From assembly GCA_965228855.1 (NCBI GenBank), contig CBDDIJ010000002.1:1024001-1088000 (forward strand): 64,000 nucleotides of DNA. The letters run 5' to 3'. Source of the DNA: Candidatus Obscuribacterales bacterium. Its GTDB lineage: Bacteria; Cyanobacteriota; Vampirovibrionia; Obscuribacterales; Obscuribacteraceae. The notes under the pieces were generated by a model. It made no database searches. It saw only the letters and a program-made list of their open reading frames with translations, and was not told where the DNA came from. Both the position numbers and the translations under genes were made by a program. Positions 19,742-29,188 of the stretch are shown one piece after another. How positions within the stretch are numbered: position 1 is the stretch's first letter; every line of letters starts with the position of its first letter.

Positions 19742-20104
19742 CCTGCAAATTGGTTTGCAGCTTTTGCCGCTAAACCTGCAATCAAAATTGCAGCAAGCCG
19801 CCGGGTCACTCGAATCAGGCTGATTTGAGGCGCAAATGAAGAACCTGCAAATTGGTTTGCAGCTTTTGCCGCTAAACCTGCAATCAAAATTGCAGCAAGC
19901 CGCCGGGTCACTCGAATCAGGCTGATTTGAGGCGCAGATGAAGAACCTGCAAATTGGTTTGCAGCTTTTGCCGCTAAACCTGCAATCAAAATTGCAGCAA
20001 GCCGCCGGGTCACTCGAATCAGGCTGATTTGAGGCGCAAATGAAGAACCTGCAAATTGGTTTGCAGCTTTTGCCGCTGAACCTGCAATCAAAATTGCAGC
20101 GACC
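19742..20104 (-). repeat. Tandem array of about 3.5 near-identical 102-bp units
   Basis: CCTGCAAATTGGTTTGCAGC starts at 19742, 19844, 19946 and 20048; each unit holds two CTGCAA-N6-TTGCAG palindromes. Confidence 0.97.
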
Positions 20105-20392
20105 GTTCGGATAGCCTATCGGCGAGTCATTGACGCCGCTTTTGAACCAGGTTAGAAGCAGTGGCATCCTCAAAATAGCGTGCCAGCCGTTGTTTGCGGT
20201 AAATGGATGGTACTAAAGAATTTAGTAGGCAGGCCGCGGAAGCGAAAGGGACAAGAACATCAGGCTTGCGCGCCTAAAATCTTGCCCTCCCGCCCGGTCG
20301 AGCGCAGGTGTCTGGTTTGAACAGACACCTGGCTTTGAACCGTTGTCGTCGTCGGAGTTTTTCTTTTGTTCGCATCAACGCACTTCTCCCGC

Positions 20393-20995
20393 TTAGGCCG
20401 CCGGAGCGACGGACGCGGGAGCAGGCTGCGTTGCGAACGGCGCGATGGGCTCGATTTCGTCGATCAAGCCCTCGGCGAGAGCCTGCTCGGCGGTGAGCCA
20501 CCAGTCGACGCCGCCGGCGACGTTGGTGTTGATCTTCTCCAGCGTCAGACCGTTGGCGACGTTGCCCGTGCGGCTGCACAGGATGGCGCTGGTCTGGGCT
20601 TGGAGCTGCTCGCAGCGGCGGAGTTCCGCGCGCATCTGGGACAGGGTGCCCTTCATCTCGGAGCTGACTTCGTGAATCAGCAGCCAAGCGTGGGCGCCCA
20701 TGACGCGCACGTCGCCCGCCTGCAGCAGCCAGCCGGCGCAGGACGCGGAGCGACCGTGGACGACGACGGTCACATGGTGACCGGCAGCGCGCAGCATGTT
20801 GATCTGGTCATACATGTACAACGCGTCCAGGATGTTGCCACCCTGACTGTTGAGGACGATCTTGACCTTCCGGTTCGGGTTGTCCCGGCACCAGTTGATG
20901 ATCATGATCATGAAATCCACCGCCGACGTCTGGTTGATGCCGGTGGCGAACACGAAAACACCCTTCAGAGGGTCAGTTTGGATTGCGTTTTCCAT
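20393..20995 (-). CDS. clpP: ClpP-family (S14) peptidase, divergent
   Basis: NSQGG, GRSASCAG (Ser), LIHEV (His), DWWLTAEQALAEGLIDEI (Asp). Confidence 0.88.
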   Translation of the reverse strand: MENAIQTDPLKGVFVFATGINQTSAVDFMIMIINWCRDNPNRKVKIVLNSQGGNILDALYMYDQINMLRAAGHHVTVVVHGRSASCAGWLLQAGDVRVMGAHAWLLIHEVSSEMKGTLSQMRAELRRCEQLQAQTSAILCSRTGNVANGLTLEKINTNVAGGVDWWLTAEQALAEGLIDEIEPIAPFATQPAPASVAPAA

Positions 20996-21152
20996 AGCTT
21001 TCTACTTTCGTCCGGCAGGTCATGCGGCTGCGACGCGCCTCTTGTTGGGCGCTGCAGCGGCTAAACCCTTGGGATGTTTGGGTTGAAGCTCGGAAAGAAA
21101 GTCTCCGAGCCGGTTAAGAAAACAAGTTATGCGCGCGCTGCGTTGAAGACAG

Positions 21153-21980
21153 CTACTGCGCCGTCCAGCCGCCATCGACTGTTATCGAGGAGCCGGTGAT
21201 GTTCGAAGCGGCTTTGCTGGCGAGGAAGACGACTGTGTCTCCCAATTCGTCGACTTCGACGAACCGCTTGCTGGGCTGCTTCGCCGACAACAACTCTTCG
21301 GCGGCAATCTCTTGCGAGACGCCTTTCCGCTGAGCCAGGTCGGTTATCTGCTTCTCCACGAGCGGGGTTCGCACCCAGCCGGGGCAGACTGCGTTGACCG
21401 TAATTCCGGTCTCCGCATTTTCGAGCGCTGCGACTTTCGTGAGCCCGATGAGCCCATGCTTGGCAGCGACGTACGCGGCTTTCTGGGCTGACGCCACGAG
21501 ACCGTGTACGGATGCGATGTTGACGATGCGCCCGAAGCCGTTGCGTTTCATATGCGGCAGTGCTGCGCGCATGGTGTGAAACGCAGAGCTCAGATTTATC
21601 GCCAGAACGGCGTCCCACTTTTCGACTGGAAAGTCCTCGACAGAGGCTGTGTGCTGGATACCGGCGTTGTTGACGAGGATGTCGACGCTGCCCAGCTCGT
21701 TCACGGCGAATTCGACCAGTTCCGCGATTTCTTGCGGCTTGGTCATGTCGGCACCGTGGTAAACGATTGTGCGTTGCGAGCTTTCGGCGAGTTCGGTCTT
21801 TACCCGCTCCACCTCAGCTGTGTCCGCCAAACCGTTCAGCACAATGTGGCAGCCGTTTGCAGCTAGACGTCTTGCGATACCTAAACCGATACCGCTTGTC
21901 GAGCCGGTCACGACTGCCACTTTGTTATCGAGAATTTTTGAGTGCTGTTCTTTTGTTGCACTCGCTTCCAGTTGAGACAT
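21153..21980 (-). CDS. bdhA: D-3-hydroxybutyrate dehydrogenase (SDR)
   Basis: TGSTSGIG, NNAGIQH, ASVHGLVAS, KAAYVAAKHG, PGWVRTPLV, DGGWTAQ. Confidence 0.95.
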   Translation of the reverse strand: MSQLEASATKEQHSKILDNKVAVVTGSTSGIGLGIARRLAANGCHIVLNGLADTAEVERVKTELAESSQRTIVYHGADMTKPQEIAELVEFAVNELGSVDILVNNAGIQHTASVEDFPVEKWDAVLAINLSSAFHTMRAALPHMKRNGFGRIVNIASVHGLVASAQKAAYVAAKHGLIGLTKVAALENAETGITVNAVCPGWVRTPLVEKQITDLAQRKGVSQEIAAEELLSAKQPSKRFVEVDELGDTVVFLASKAASNITGSSITVDGGWTAQ

Positions 21981-22006
21981 CCGTTCTCCTCTTCCTCCGC
22001 GCCAGT

Positions 22007-22879
22007 TCAGGCGCTACACAGGCGTCCTTCGGCCTTCGCGTGAGCGATGACTTGCTTCGCGGTATTGTAGCCGTTTTCCACCATCCGCATGCAGGTTGCT
22101 TCGGAGATTCCGAAGTTGAGACCAGCCACTTCCGGCAGACCCGTCTCGATGACGAGGTGACGCTTGGTGTCGACGTAACGCGAGTTGCCGGCGACAGGGA
22201 AGAAGAGTTCGCGGCAGTGGAAGTACAGGTCGATCGGGTACTTCCACTCCTTGGGCATCGCCGACGCCGGGCGGAACTTGCTGACGAACGCCGGCCGGTC
22301 GAAGAACTCGGTCGGGTTGTAGTGGTAGTAGGCGCCATCGACGAGCAGGCGCGGACGCCCGTTGTCCATGAACCACTCCGGCTGGAACACGCCCGGTGGC
22401 GAGCCCGAAGCCGTCAGCGCCGTCGCCAGGTCGTAGTCCTCGCCCTCGAACAGCACCGGGTCACGCGTGAAGTAGTCGCACGCGAGAATCTTCAGGCGCT
22501 TGTTCGGCTTGAGACCGTACTGGGCGATGAGCTTGGTGATGAACGGCTTGAGCGAGAACGTGCCGCCGACCGACATGGCGATGGGGTCAGCGAGGCGAGT
22601 GCCCTCGAGAACAGCCGCAAGGTCATCCCGCATCCCGCGCATGGCGAGGAACACCGGAATCATGTCCTTGGGCTTGTAGCCGTTGGTGAAGAAGGCAGCG
22701 GTCATGCTGCCGGCCGAGACGCCGAGAACATCACCGACTTCGATGCCCTCTTCCATGAACGCCTCGATAACGCCGAAGTGGTGGAAGATGTTCCAGCCAC
22801 CGGCACCGAAAACCATCGGGGAGCCGTTATGCAGGCATTGGTCCTGACGGTTGTCGGCAACTTGGAGAGTTTTGGTCAT
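22007..22879 (-). CDS. Patatin-like phospholipase/esterase
   Basis: GAGG oxyanion motif, GVSAG nucleophile, LVDGA; GGAGG RBS. Confidence 0.9.
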   Translation of the reverse strand: MTKTLQVADNRQDQCLHNGSPMVFGAGGWNIFHHFGVIEAFMEEGIEVGDVLGVSAGSMTAAFFTNGYKPKDMIPVFLAMRGMRDDLAAVLEGTRLADPIAMSVGGTFSLKPFITKLIAQYGLKPNKRLKILACDYFTRDPVLFEGEDYDLATALTASGSPPGVFQPEWFMDNGRPRLLVDGAYYHYNPTEFFDRPAFVSKFRPASAMPKEWKYPIDLYFHCRELFFPVAGNSRYVDTKRHLVIETGLPEVAGLNFGISEATCMRMVENGYNTAKQVIAHAKAEGRLCSA

Positions 22880-23416
22880 GATGACCTCCTCTAGTTGCAG
22901 GTTGATCAATAGTCGCCTGGTGTGAGCCTCGGAGAGTACCCAGCAGTTCAGCGACAGCGTAAAGAACAAACCCCGTGACCGTCCGAATGTCCATCGACAA
23001 GGCTATTTGAGCGCATGTTGGTGATTCGGGATGGCTTTTGGCTTTTGATCCAAATTTCTTTATGAGGGATTGCAACATCACCGTACACAAAGCACTTGCA
23101 AGAACGAATAGTATTTCCAAGCGCTTCGAGTGTTTGTCTTCCTTGAGTGAAATCATGAAACGTAGAAGGCGTCAACGTTTCAGACTTCTCATAGACCTCT
23201 TACTTAAAGCTGTTCTAGAACTCTTTGAACATTGCATAGTTCGCATAGCATCAGAAGCTCATAGATCTTTCAAACGGCAAGAGACTGAACCTGCGGCAAT
23301 TTGGCCGATCCGTTAGTGACTTGATGAGCTGCGCTAGGATTTTCGGAGCGAGGTGTTTTGGTTCAGTCGTGGCAGGGATGGCATCTCACTCGCCTTTCTG
23401 GCTTTTCGAACTGCAA

Positions 23417-24727
23417 CTAACGTGATTGTCCTCGGAAAAACTGCCAGATCTCCTCGCCCGTGTTTATGTCCTGGCAACAGGTGCTCTGACGCTTCCCGGC
23501 TAGTAATATGCAGCCCGGCCAGGTGTGTCCGCCGCCCTCGATCGTGTACAGGATGACTTCGCGGCCCCGTGTTCCCCAGACATCTTTCTTGACGCGCATG
23601 CCGTCGCGCGGATCGAGGTCTGGAAGATAATTCGAGCTGGGAGACCCCTGGCAGTGGTTGTGTGTGGTCCAAAACCGAATCACGTCAGGAACACTAAACC
23701 ACCCGCCGTACTGCACTAGGCTCAAAAACGAAGGGTCGATTTCGGAGATGCCCAGCTTCGAGGCGTATTTGCCAAGTTGCTTTGATTTGCCGTCTCCCCA
23801 GTTTATAAGCGGGTCTTGCGAGCCGATGAAAAAGACAATGGGGATTGGTTTGTCTCCGCTACTCCGCGTGACGGCGCCCTCCATGCCTGTCGACGCAACG
23901 ACAGCCACCGCTGCGATCTTTTCAGGACGGCTGGCGGCTAGTAGCTGAACGAAGTATCCGCCGTTGCTCAAGCCAACCGCGTACACTCGATGAGTGTCGA
24001 TGTTGGTTGTCTGGCCAAGTTTTTGCAAAACAGCGTCGACGTACCCGACGTCGTTGTGCCGCTGGTTTTTCATGCCGTCTTCCCACTCTCCGCCAAGGGC
24101 TTGGCAGTAGACCGCGATGAAGTCATTTCGGTTGGCTGTTCCGCTTAGGCCAGTTACGCCAATCATTGACTCGCCGGACATGTTCAAACCGGGAAAAACA
24201 AGAACTACTGGTGTTGCACGCGATTTGTTGTGGTTGCTGGGAAGGTGTACCCAGAAGGGTCGCGAACCTCCGTCAACCTTTACGAAGTCGCAGTAGTCCT
24301 TTGATGATCCAGTCTTCTGGCGTGTGTCTTGAGTGGAACCGGCACTGTTTTGGCGCGATGACGTGGACGTGCTATAAGTGGCGGCTGGAGCCTGTCTCCA
24401 ATTGGCAGGGGCTTGTCTGGAAGGATATGGCTGAGATGAAGATGCGCTCTGCTGGCGACTATACGCGGGGGGCTGCTGATATGCTTGCGTTCCGCTGCGT
24501 CCTCCCATGCCGCCGGAGGTCCTGTAATAGCCCCGCTGCTGCGTAGCTTGCTGTGCCTGGGGGGAATCGGCTCTAACAGCCTGGCGGCTTCCTGGAACGA
24601 AGACATACTGCTGCGAGCGAACTGGTGCAATGGTGAATGCGACCGCCATTAGCACCGTGGGTAGTACCAAACTTCTTTTTGCTGGTGTTGTGACTTTCAC
24701 GATGTTCGGGTGAGCGGAACGGCGCAC
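23417..24727 (-). CDS. Secreted LpqC/PHB-depolymerase-family alpha/beta hydrolase with Q/S-rich N-terminal linker
   Basis: GLSNGG, GSQDP, GGGHTWPG; start uncertain. Confidence 0.88.
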   Translation of the reverse strand: MRRSAHPNIVKVTTPAKRSLVLPTVLMAVAFTIAPVRSQQYVFVPGSRQAVRADSPQAQQATQQRGYYRTSGGMGGRSGTQAYQQPPAYSRQQSASSSQPYPSRQAPANWRQAPAATYSTSTSSRQNSAGSTQDTRQKTGSSKDYCDFVKVDGGSRPFWVHLPSNHNKSRATPVVLVFPGLNMSGESMIGVTGLSGTANRNDFIAVYCQALGGEWEDGMKNQRHNDVGYVDAVLQKLGQTTNIDTHRVYAVGLSNGGYFVQLLAASRPEKIAAVAVVASTGMEGAVTRSSGDKPIPIVFFIGSQDPLINWGDGKSKQLGKYASKLGISEIDPSFLSLVQYGGWFSVPDVIRFWTTHNHCQGSPSSNYLPDLDPRDGMRVKKDVWGTRGREVILYTIEGGGHTWPGCILLAGKRQSTCCQDINTGEEIWQFFRGQSR

Positions 24728-24801
24728 ATGGTTTTGCTACTGTAATGGGCGAAAGATTTGCTAAACGTTCGCAGTGGTGAGTCAACGTCCGCAGTATTAC
24801 G

Positions 24802-25449
24802 TCAACGTCCACCCTGGTAACGTTTCATCAGCTCCTTCGCCTGGTCGCTGTTGAGCATGCTGGGGTCAAAGTTTGCTGGAATTTTCTTCTTGATGGAGTC
24901 CGGTATTTCACCACCGAACCACTTCTCTTTCACCTTTTCGATCAGATTGTCAGCGTTGCCGCCCTGAAGAGCGTTTTTAAATCCCGATGGAATCTGCATC
25001 GAGCTTGGTGGCGGCGAAGACTCGGCGATTGGGGGAGCTGGCTTTTGAATCTTCAGCTGCTGGCTGCGCTTCAATTGCTCTGTGAGACCGGAAACAATCG
25101 AGTTAAGCCTGTTCTGGACGTCTTTTTCGCTCGCTCCTGCCTTCACGCTATCTTCAAGAGAGTTGAAAGCCGACATGTATGCCGTGATTCCGAAGCCGTA
25201 ACCCTTGGCGGTCATGATCGTTTCGTAAAGCTTCTTGCGTTGATCGAGGAGCGGTCCTGGTGCGAGTTCCGGCGTATCGGCTGACGCGGTGGCTGCCGCC
25301 TTGGGTGCTTCAGTGTCCGGTGCCGGTGCATCTTCCGTTGCAGTCGGCGTGGGTGGCAGGTCCTGACTAAATGCAGGAAGTTGGTTGGTTATTATCAGCG
25401 CGATGGACAAAAAATATGCAGCTGTGCGTGCGGAAGGAAAGTTGGACAT
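24802..25449 (-). CDS. Hypothetical secreted protein
   Basis: GGAGG RBS, signal-like N-terminus, Pro/Ala/Thr linker. Confidence 0.8.
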   Translation of the reverse strand: MSNFPSARTAAYFLSIALIITNQLPAFSQDLPPTPTATEDAPAPDTEAPKAAATASADTPELAPGPLLDQRKKLYETIMTAKGYGFGITAYMSAFNSLEDSVKAGASEKDVQNRLNSIVSGLTEQLKRSQQLKIQKPAPPIAESSPPPSSMQIPSGFKNALQGGNADNLIEKVKEKWFGGEIPDSIKKKIPANFDPSMLNSDQAKELMKRYQGGR

Positions 25450-25751
25450 CTGAAGCACCTCCGTTTGTACTATTCCCAGGATTCGTGATTTGTAGCCTCA
25501 TCTTCCATCCTTTAATGTTTTACTATATGGCATCAGAGAGGCGCGACAGGAACGAAGACTGCACCGCCCTGATATAGAGGTGTGCAGCTTCGTTACGAGG
25601 AAGGCTCTCGCTTATTGCCCGAGTCCTGTCAATCCTGGAGCGACGGTTTTAGCGAATTCCGTCGCTCTCTCGTTAATGGGTGGATTGTTCCGAGGATTCA
25701 TTGGCGGATGGACTTCAGGAGGACTGGCAAGCTAGCTACTCGTCGGACCTG

Positions 25752-26438
25752 CTAGTCATCCGGCGTGCTGCGGGGCGGCGTGCGCGGCTGTTTGTCTTCA
25801 AGGCGTTTGCGCAAGAACTTGGCGAGGAGCACGGTGAAGAGCAGTCCGCCGATGAATCCGCCGAGGTGGGCGAAATAGGCGATGCCGTTTCGCGTTCCGC
25901 TGTCCAGGTAGATGCTGATCAGCTGGTCCGTCACCCAGTAAAGGACGAACAGGGAGCCGAGCATGCGTGGCATGGTGAGGCGCTGTCCGAGGCAGAACGT
26001 CACGACCAGGAACGCCCCCATTACGCCGGAGATAGCACCGGAAGCGCCAACCAGCGGTGTGTAATCGAAAGCGTGAAACAGGTAATGACCGAACGAGCTC
26101 GCAAAGCCGCTTACCAGGTAAATGGCGAGAAAGCGCGCTGAGCCTAGCTCGCGTTCGACCAGTATGCCCATGACGAGGAGGAGCGCCATGTTGTTGAAGT
26201 AGTGGTCGAAGCCCGCATGCAGGAAGGTAGAGGTCAGCATGGTAAGCAGGTTGTAACCGATGTCCGGCAGGCTGCCCGACATAATCGCCTCGGTCAGGCG
26301 ACGCGGAATCAGTCCCCATTCGATTGTCATCCAGGGAATCCGAGTGGCGATTTCCTGGAAGATCGAGAGGAAGAGTACGGCGAGGTTCGCAAGGACCAAG
26401 CCTGGCAAAACAAACAGGTCAGATCTGCGAGTGTTCAC
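25752..26438 (-). CDS. Rhomboid intramembrane serine protease
   Basis: FLHAGFDHYFNNM, GASGAISG, AHLGG. Confidence 0.93.
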   Translation of the reverse strand: MNTRRSDLFVLPGLVLANLAVLFLSIFQEIATRIPWMTIEWGLIPRRLTEAIMSGSLPDIGYNLLTMLTSTFLHAGFDHYFNNMALLLVMGILVERELGSARFLAIYLVSGFASSFGHYLFHAFDYTPLVGASGAISGVMGAFLVVTFCLGQRLTMPRMLGSLFVLYWVTDQLISIYLDSGTRNGIAYFAHLGGFIGGLLFTVLLAKFLRKRLEDKQPRTPPRSTPDD

Positions 26439-26613
26439 TGCGGATACTCTCTTTGCGAGTTCAGTTATTGTGAGAAAGGCGAGCCGACCGTGTTCCGCTG
26501 CTGAGCCGGTTTCGGCTCGTGAGCAAGTTACGGTTTTGACCGGGTTCCGGCTCTTAGCAGGTTCCGGCTACTGACCGGGATTTCGGCGGCTCGCCCCTCA
26601 CGTGGAAAAGCAG

Positions 26614-27393
26614 TTACTTCGTGTCGTCCTGGTCGGCCAGGGAAGTCGTGTCGCAGGCAGGACCGGTGATGCCGTCCTTCAAGCGTTCGATCAGAGCTTC
26701 CGGCGTGACAGGTTCGAGTTCGTGCACAAAAATGGGCTTGCCGAACGTGATGGTCACGCCATGACGCCAGGTAAGCTTCATCTTCAGGAAGTCGGTCGCA
26801 GACTCTGGATCGCGTGTCCCGTAGCAGATTTGAATCGGGACGATACCGACGGTTTCCTTGTGCTCAAGCGCATCGCAGGCGCCAATCGCAATCCAGGCGG
26901 CGCCCTTCTTGAACTCGAGATACTGGCCGGTCGGGCTGATCTTGCCCTCGGGGAAGAGCGTTACCGGCGCTCCTTTCACGACCAGGTTGATGGATGCCGG
27001 AATCACTGAGCGTCCGCGGGAGCGGTCCACAGGATAGGAGCCGGCAGCTCCCATCAGGATAGCCTTCAAGCCGCCCATGCCGCGCATCTCTTCGACGGCG
27101 CTCATGAAGCGGGTTCCAAGAGGCATAAACGGGTATAGAACAATCGCATCCAGCATGGCGCTGTGATTCGGGCAGTAGATGATTCGTCCGGCGGCTTTGA
27201 GATTCTCGCGACCGACGATTGTCACTTTGCCGACCTGAATCCAGGTCCACAAGCGCGACAAACCTTTCACGAATCTCTGGAAACCGCGATGTTCGGTCGG
27301 AATAAAGCCACTGGTCGTACAATTCGCCGCATATTCGCGGTAGCGCGCCAGCCATGATTTTCGTGGCTTGGCGTTTCGGTTGAAGATACCCAT
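26614..27393 (-). CDS. 1-acyl-sn-glycerol-3-phosphate acyltransferase (PlsC family)
   Basis: NHSAMLD, VDR, FPEG, FKKGAA. Confidence 0.92.
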   Translation of the reverse strand: MGIFNRNAKPRKSWLARYREYAANCTTSGFIPTEHRGFQRFVKGLSRLWTWIQVGKVTIVGRENLKAAGRIIYCPNHSAMLDAIVLYPFMPLGTRFMSAVEEMRGMGGLKAILMGAAGSYPVDRSRGRSVIPASINLVVKGAPVTLFPEGKISPTGQYLEFKKGAAWIAIGACDALEHKETVGIVPIQICYGTRDPESATDFLKMKLTWRHGVTITFGKPIFVHELEPVTPEALIERLKDGITGPACDTTSLADQDDTK

Positions 27394-28099
27394 GAGTTAA
27401 CTCCCGCCCGGGGTGGGGCATGGTTGTGCGCGTGCCTGACGGCAGCGCGAATGACTCGGCTGTTGTTGAGCGCTCGCCGTGTTGATACGGATGCAGGCGC
27501 CGGCGTGAATTGGATGCTCGCCGGTGGCGGATTCCGGTTCTACGTCAGCGGTTTGGGGCGCGGCACGAGTCGAAACTGGGTTACGGTTGGGACCATAACG
27601 CAGGGCTTTCAAGTAAATTTGCTGAATGAATTAGCTGAGGTGCTTCTGCTTGAGTTTCTATTTGAATAAAAGGCGATAAACACTAGCAAAGGTCGGCCAG
27701 GGGTTTAAACGCTTCGTGCGAGGTGAACTATTTATGTTTTCTTTAGTATTCAAGGGTGCTGAAGGTAAAATCGGCGGCGAAAGGCAGTGAATTCGGGCTG
27801 TTTACGGCAGGGCGTTCAAGTGAACTGAACGCTTGGAAACCGCGCCCCGTGGGCGGCTTTGGATATTTCACACTTAGCGCAAGGTTGCTGAATCAGCCGC
27901 CGTCAGGCTGCCAGTAGGAGTCTCGGGTCTGTTTGTGCCTGACTCCGCTTTGTGTATGGTGGATATATATCTGCACTCGCTTTGCACTCAAGTAAAAAAC
28001 CGAGCAAAACTCTAACCACGCTGCCTCACAACGGAATAAGATCTAGACGCTACACGGCGACTAGTGACTCACTCCGTGCCAGCGAAAGGGAGATAGCCT

Positions 28100-28786
28100 A
28101 TGGGCGTGATTATCAAAATGCTGCAATGGCTGTTTCTGCCCTGGCTGAATCGCAAGTTCAAAGGACTTGCAGCAGCGTATGGACAGGAACAAGCGAAGCC
28201 TCACTTCGAGGTCGAAAGAAAGTACCCCGTTTCGCCAGAAGAATTCCACAAGTTGTCCGGACGTCTCAGAGACCTCGGCTTCTCGAAGAAATCGAAGGCG
28301 ACCATCGTTGACACTTTCTTGCCGGCCGAAAAGGACGGCGACATGGTTCGTCTTCGTGAAGAAACCGTGGACGGGCTCACCGTGACTGTCATCACACTCA
28401 AGGAGTGGGTGGACGTCGACGGCGAGCGCGAACGCAAAGAACGCGAAAGCGACCCGATCGACTCTGTCACCAAGGACACCCTCATGTCCCTCGGGCGCCG
28501 TCTTGCGACGGAACCGCTCATGTCCTTCAGCAAAGACCGCACCACATTCGTCGGCCGCCGCGACAAGCGAGCAGTCACAGTGGCGCTGGACGTTGCTTCC
28601 GGACTTGGTGATTACTCCGGCAATTACCTCGAAGTCGAGTTGATTGTCGAGCGTCAGGAAGACGTCGCCGAAGCCAGAGCCTTCGTCGAAAGTTTCGTCA
28701 CGGAACTGCTCGACTCACATCGCGAGTGCGCCATCTCCTACATGGAGATGCTCAAGCGCTCTCGGAAGCCGTCGAGCAAGAACTAA
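28100..28786 (+). CDS. CYTH (class IV adenylate cyclase/triphosphate tunnel) protein
   Basis: EVERK, VRLR, ITLK, YLEVE, ISYMEM. Confidence 0.88.
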   Translation: MGVIIKMLQWLFLPWLNRKFKGLAAAYGQEQAKPHFEVERKYPVSPEEFHKLSGRLRDLGFSKKSKATIVDTFLPAEKDGDMVRLREETVDGLTVTVITLKEWVDVDGERERKERESDPIDSVTKDTLMSLGRRLATEPLMSFSKDRTTFVGRRDKRAVTVALDVASGLGDYSGNYLEVELIVERQEDVAEARAFVESFVTELLDSHRECAISYMEMLKRSRKPSSKN

Positions 28787-28858
28787 ACGAAACGAAGTCG
28801 GACAGGAGCCAAAAGCTCTTGTTTGGCGAAACCGAAAACAGCTAAGCGCAGTCTGAAG

Positions 28859-28884
28859 CGAGTTCCGAAAGGAGCTCGTTTTTT
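28859..28884 (+). terminator. Intrinsic terminator
   Basis: CGAGTTCC-GAAA-GGAGCTCG plus T6. Confidence 0.8.
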
Positions 28885-29188
28885 GTTGTGCTGAAACTGT
28901 TTCACAACACAGGTTTGTTCACGACCTGCAACCAAACTGAGGAAAGTCCTCGTGCGGAGTGGATAGGCGTGGGCAACCGCGCTTGTAACCAGGGTATGTC
29001 ATTGCGCCGAATTCGACGCCGTAGCGATACGGTGTCGCGTTCTACGCTGACTGTTACCCGTTTTCATTAACCCGGGTGTGTCTGGGGCGAGACGACGATC
29101 GCGTGTGCGGTCGAGCTGTTCGCGCCCTAATTGCCCCACAAAGACTTGGACCGGGGCTTTTGCACGGTCCGCCAAAAAGGAAATAGTT

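Noticed and set aside
19742..20104. CRISPR or TIGR-like guide array
   Set aside because: Units are near-identical along their whole length with no unique spacers, and there is no cas or Nop-domain gene nearby.
19682..20173. Cys-rich 34-aa repeat ORF (and the 19717-20091 frame) over the 102-bp array as a RiPP or metalloprotein
   Set aside because: The Cys codons arise from the TGCA palindromes. The related 16.8-kb copies have stops and non-synonymous differences in these frames, and I see no convincing RBS.
28939..28960. GAGGAAAGTCC resembling the RNase P RNA P4 signature
   Set aside because: It is not followed by GGGC(T/A)C, and I found no matching 3' ACCCGGCTTA-type segment downstream.
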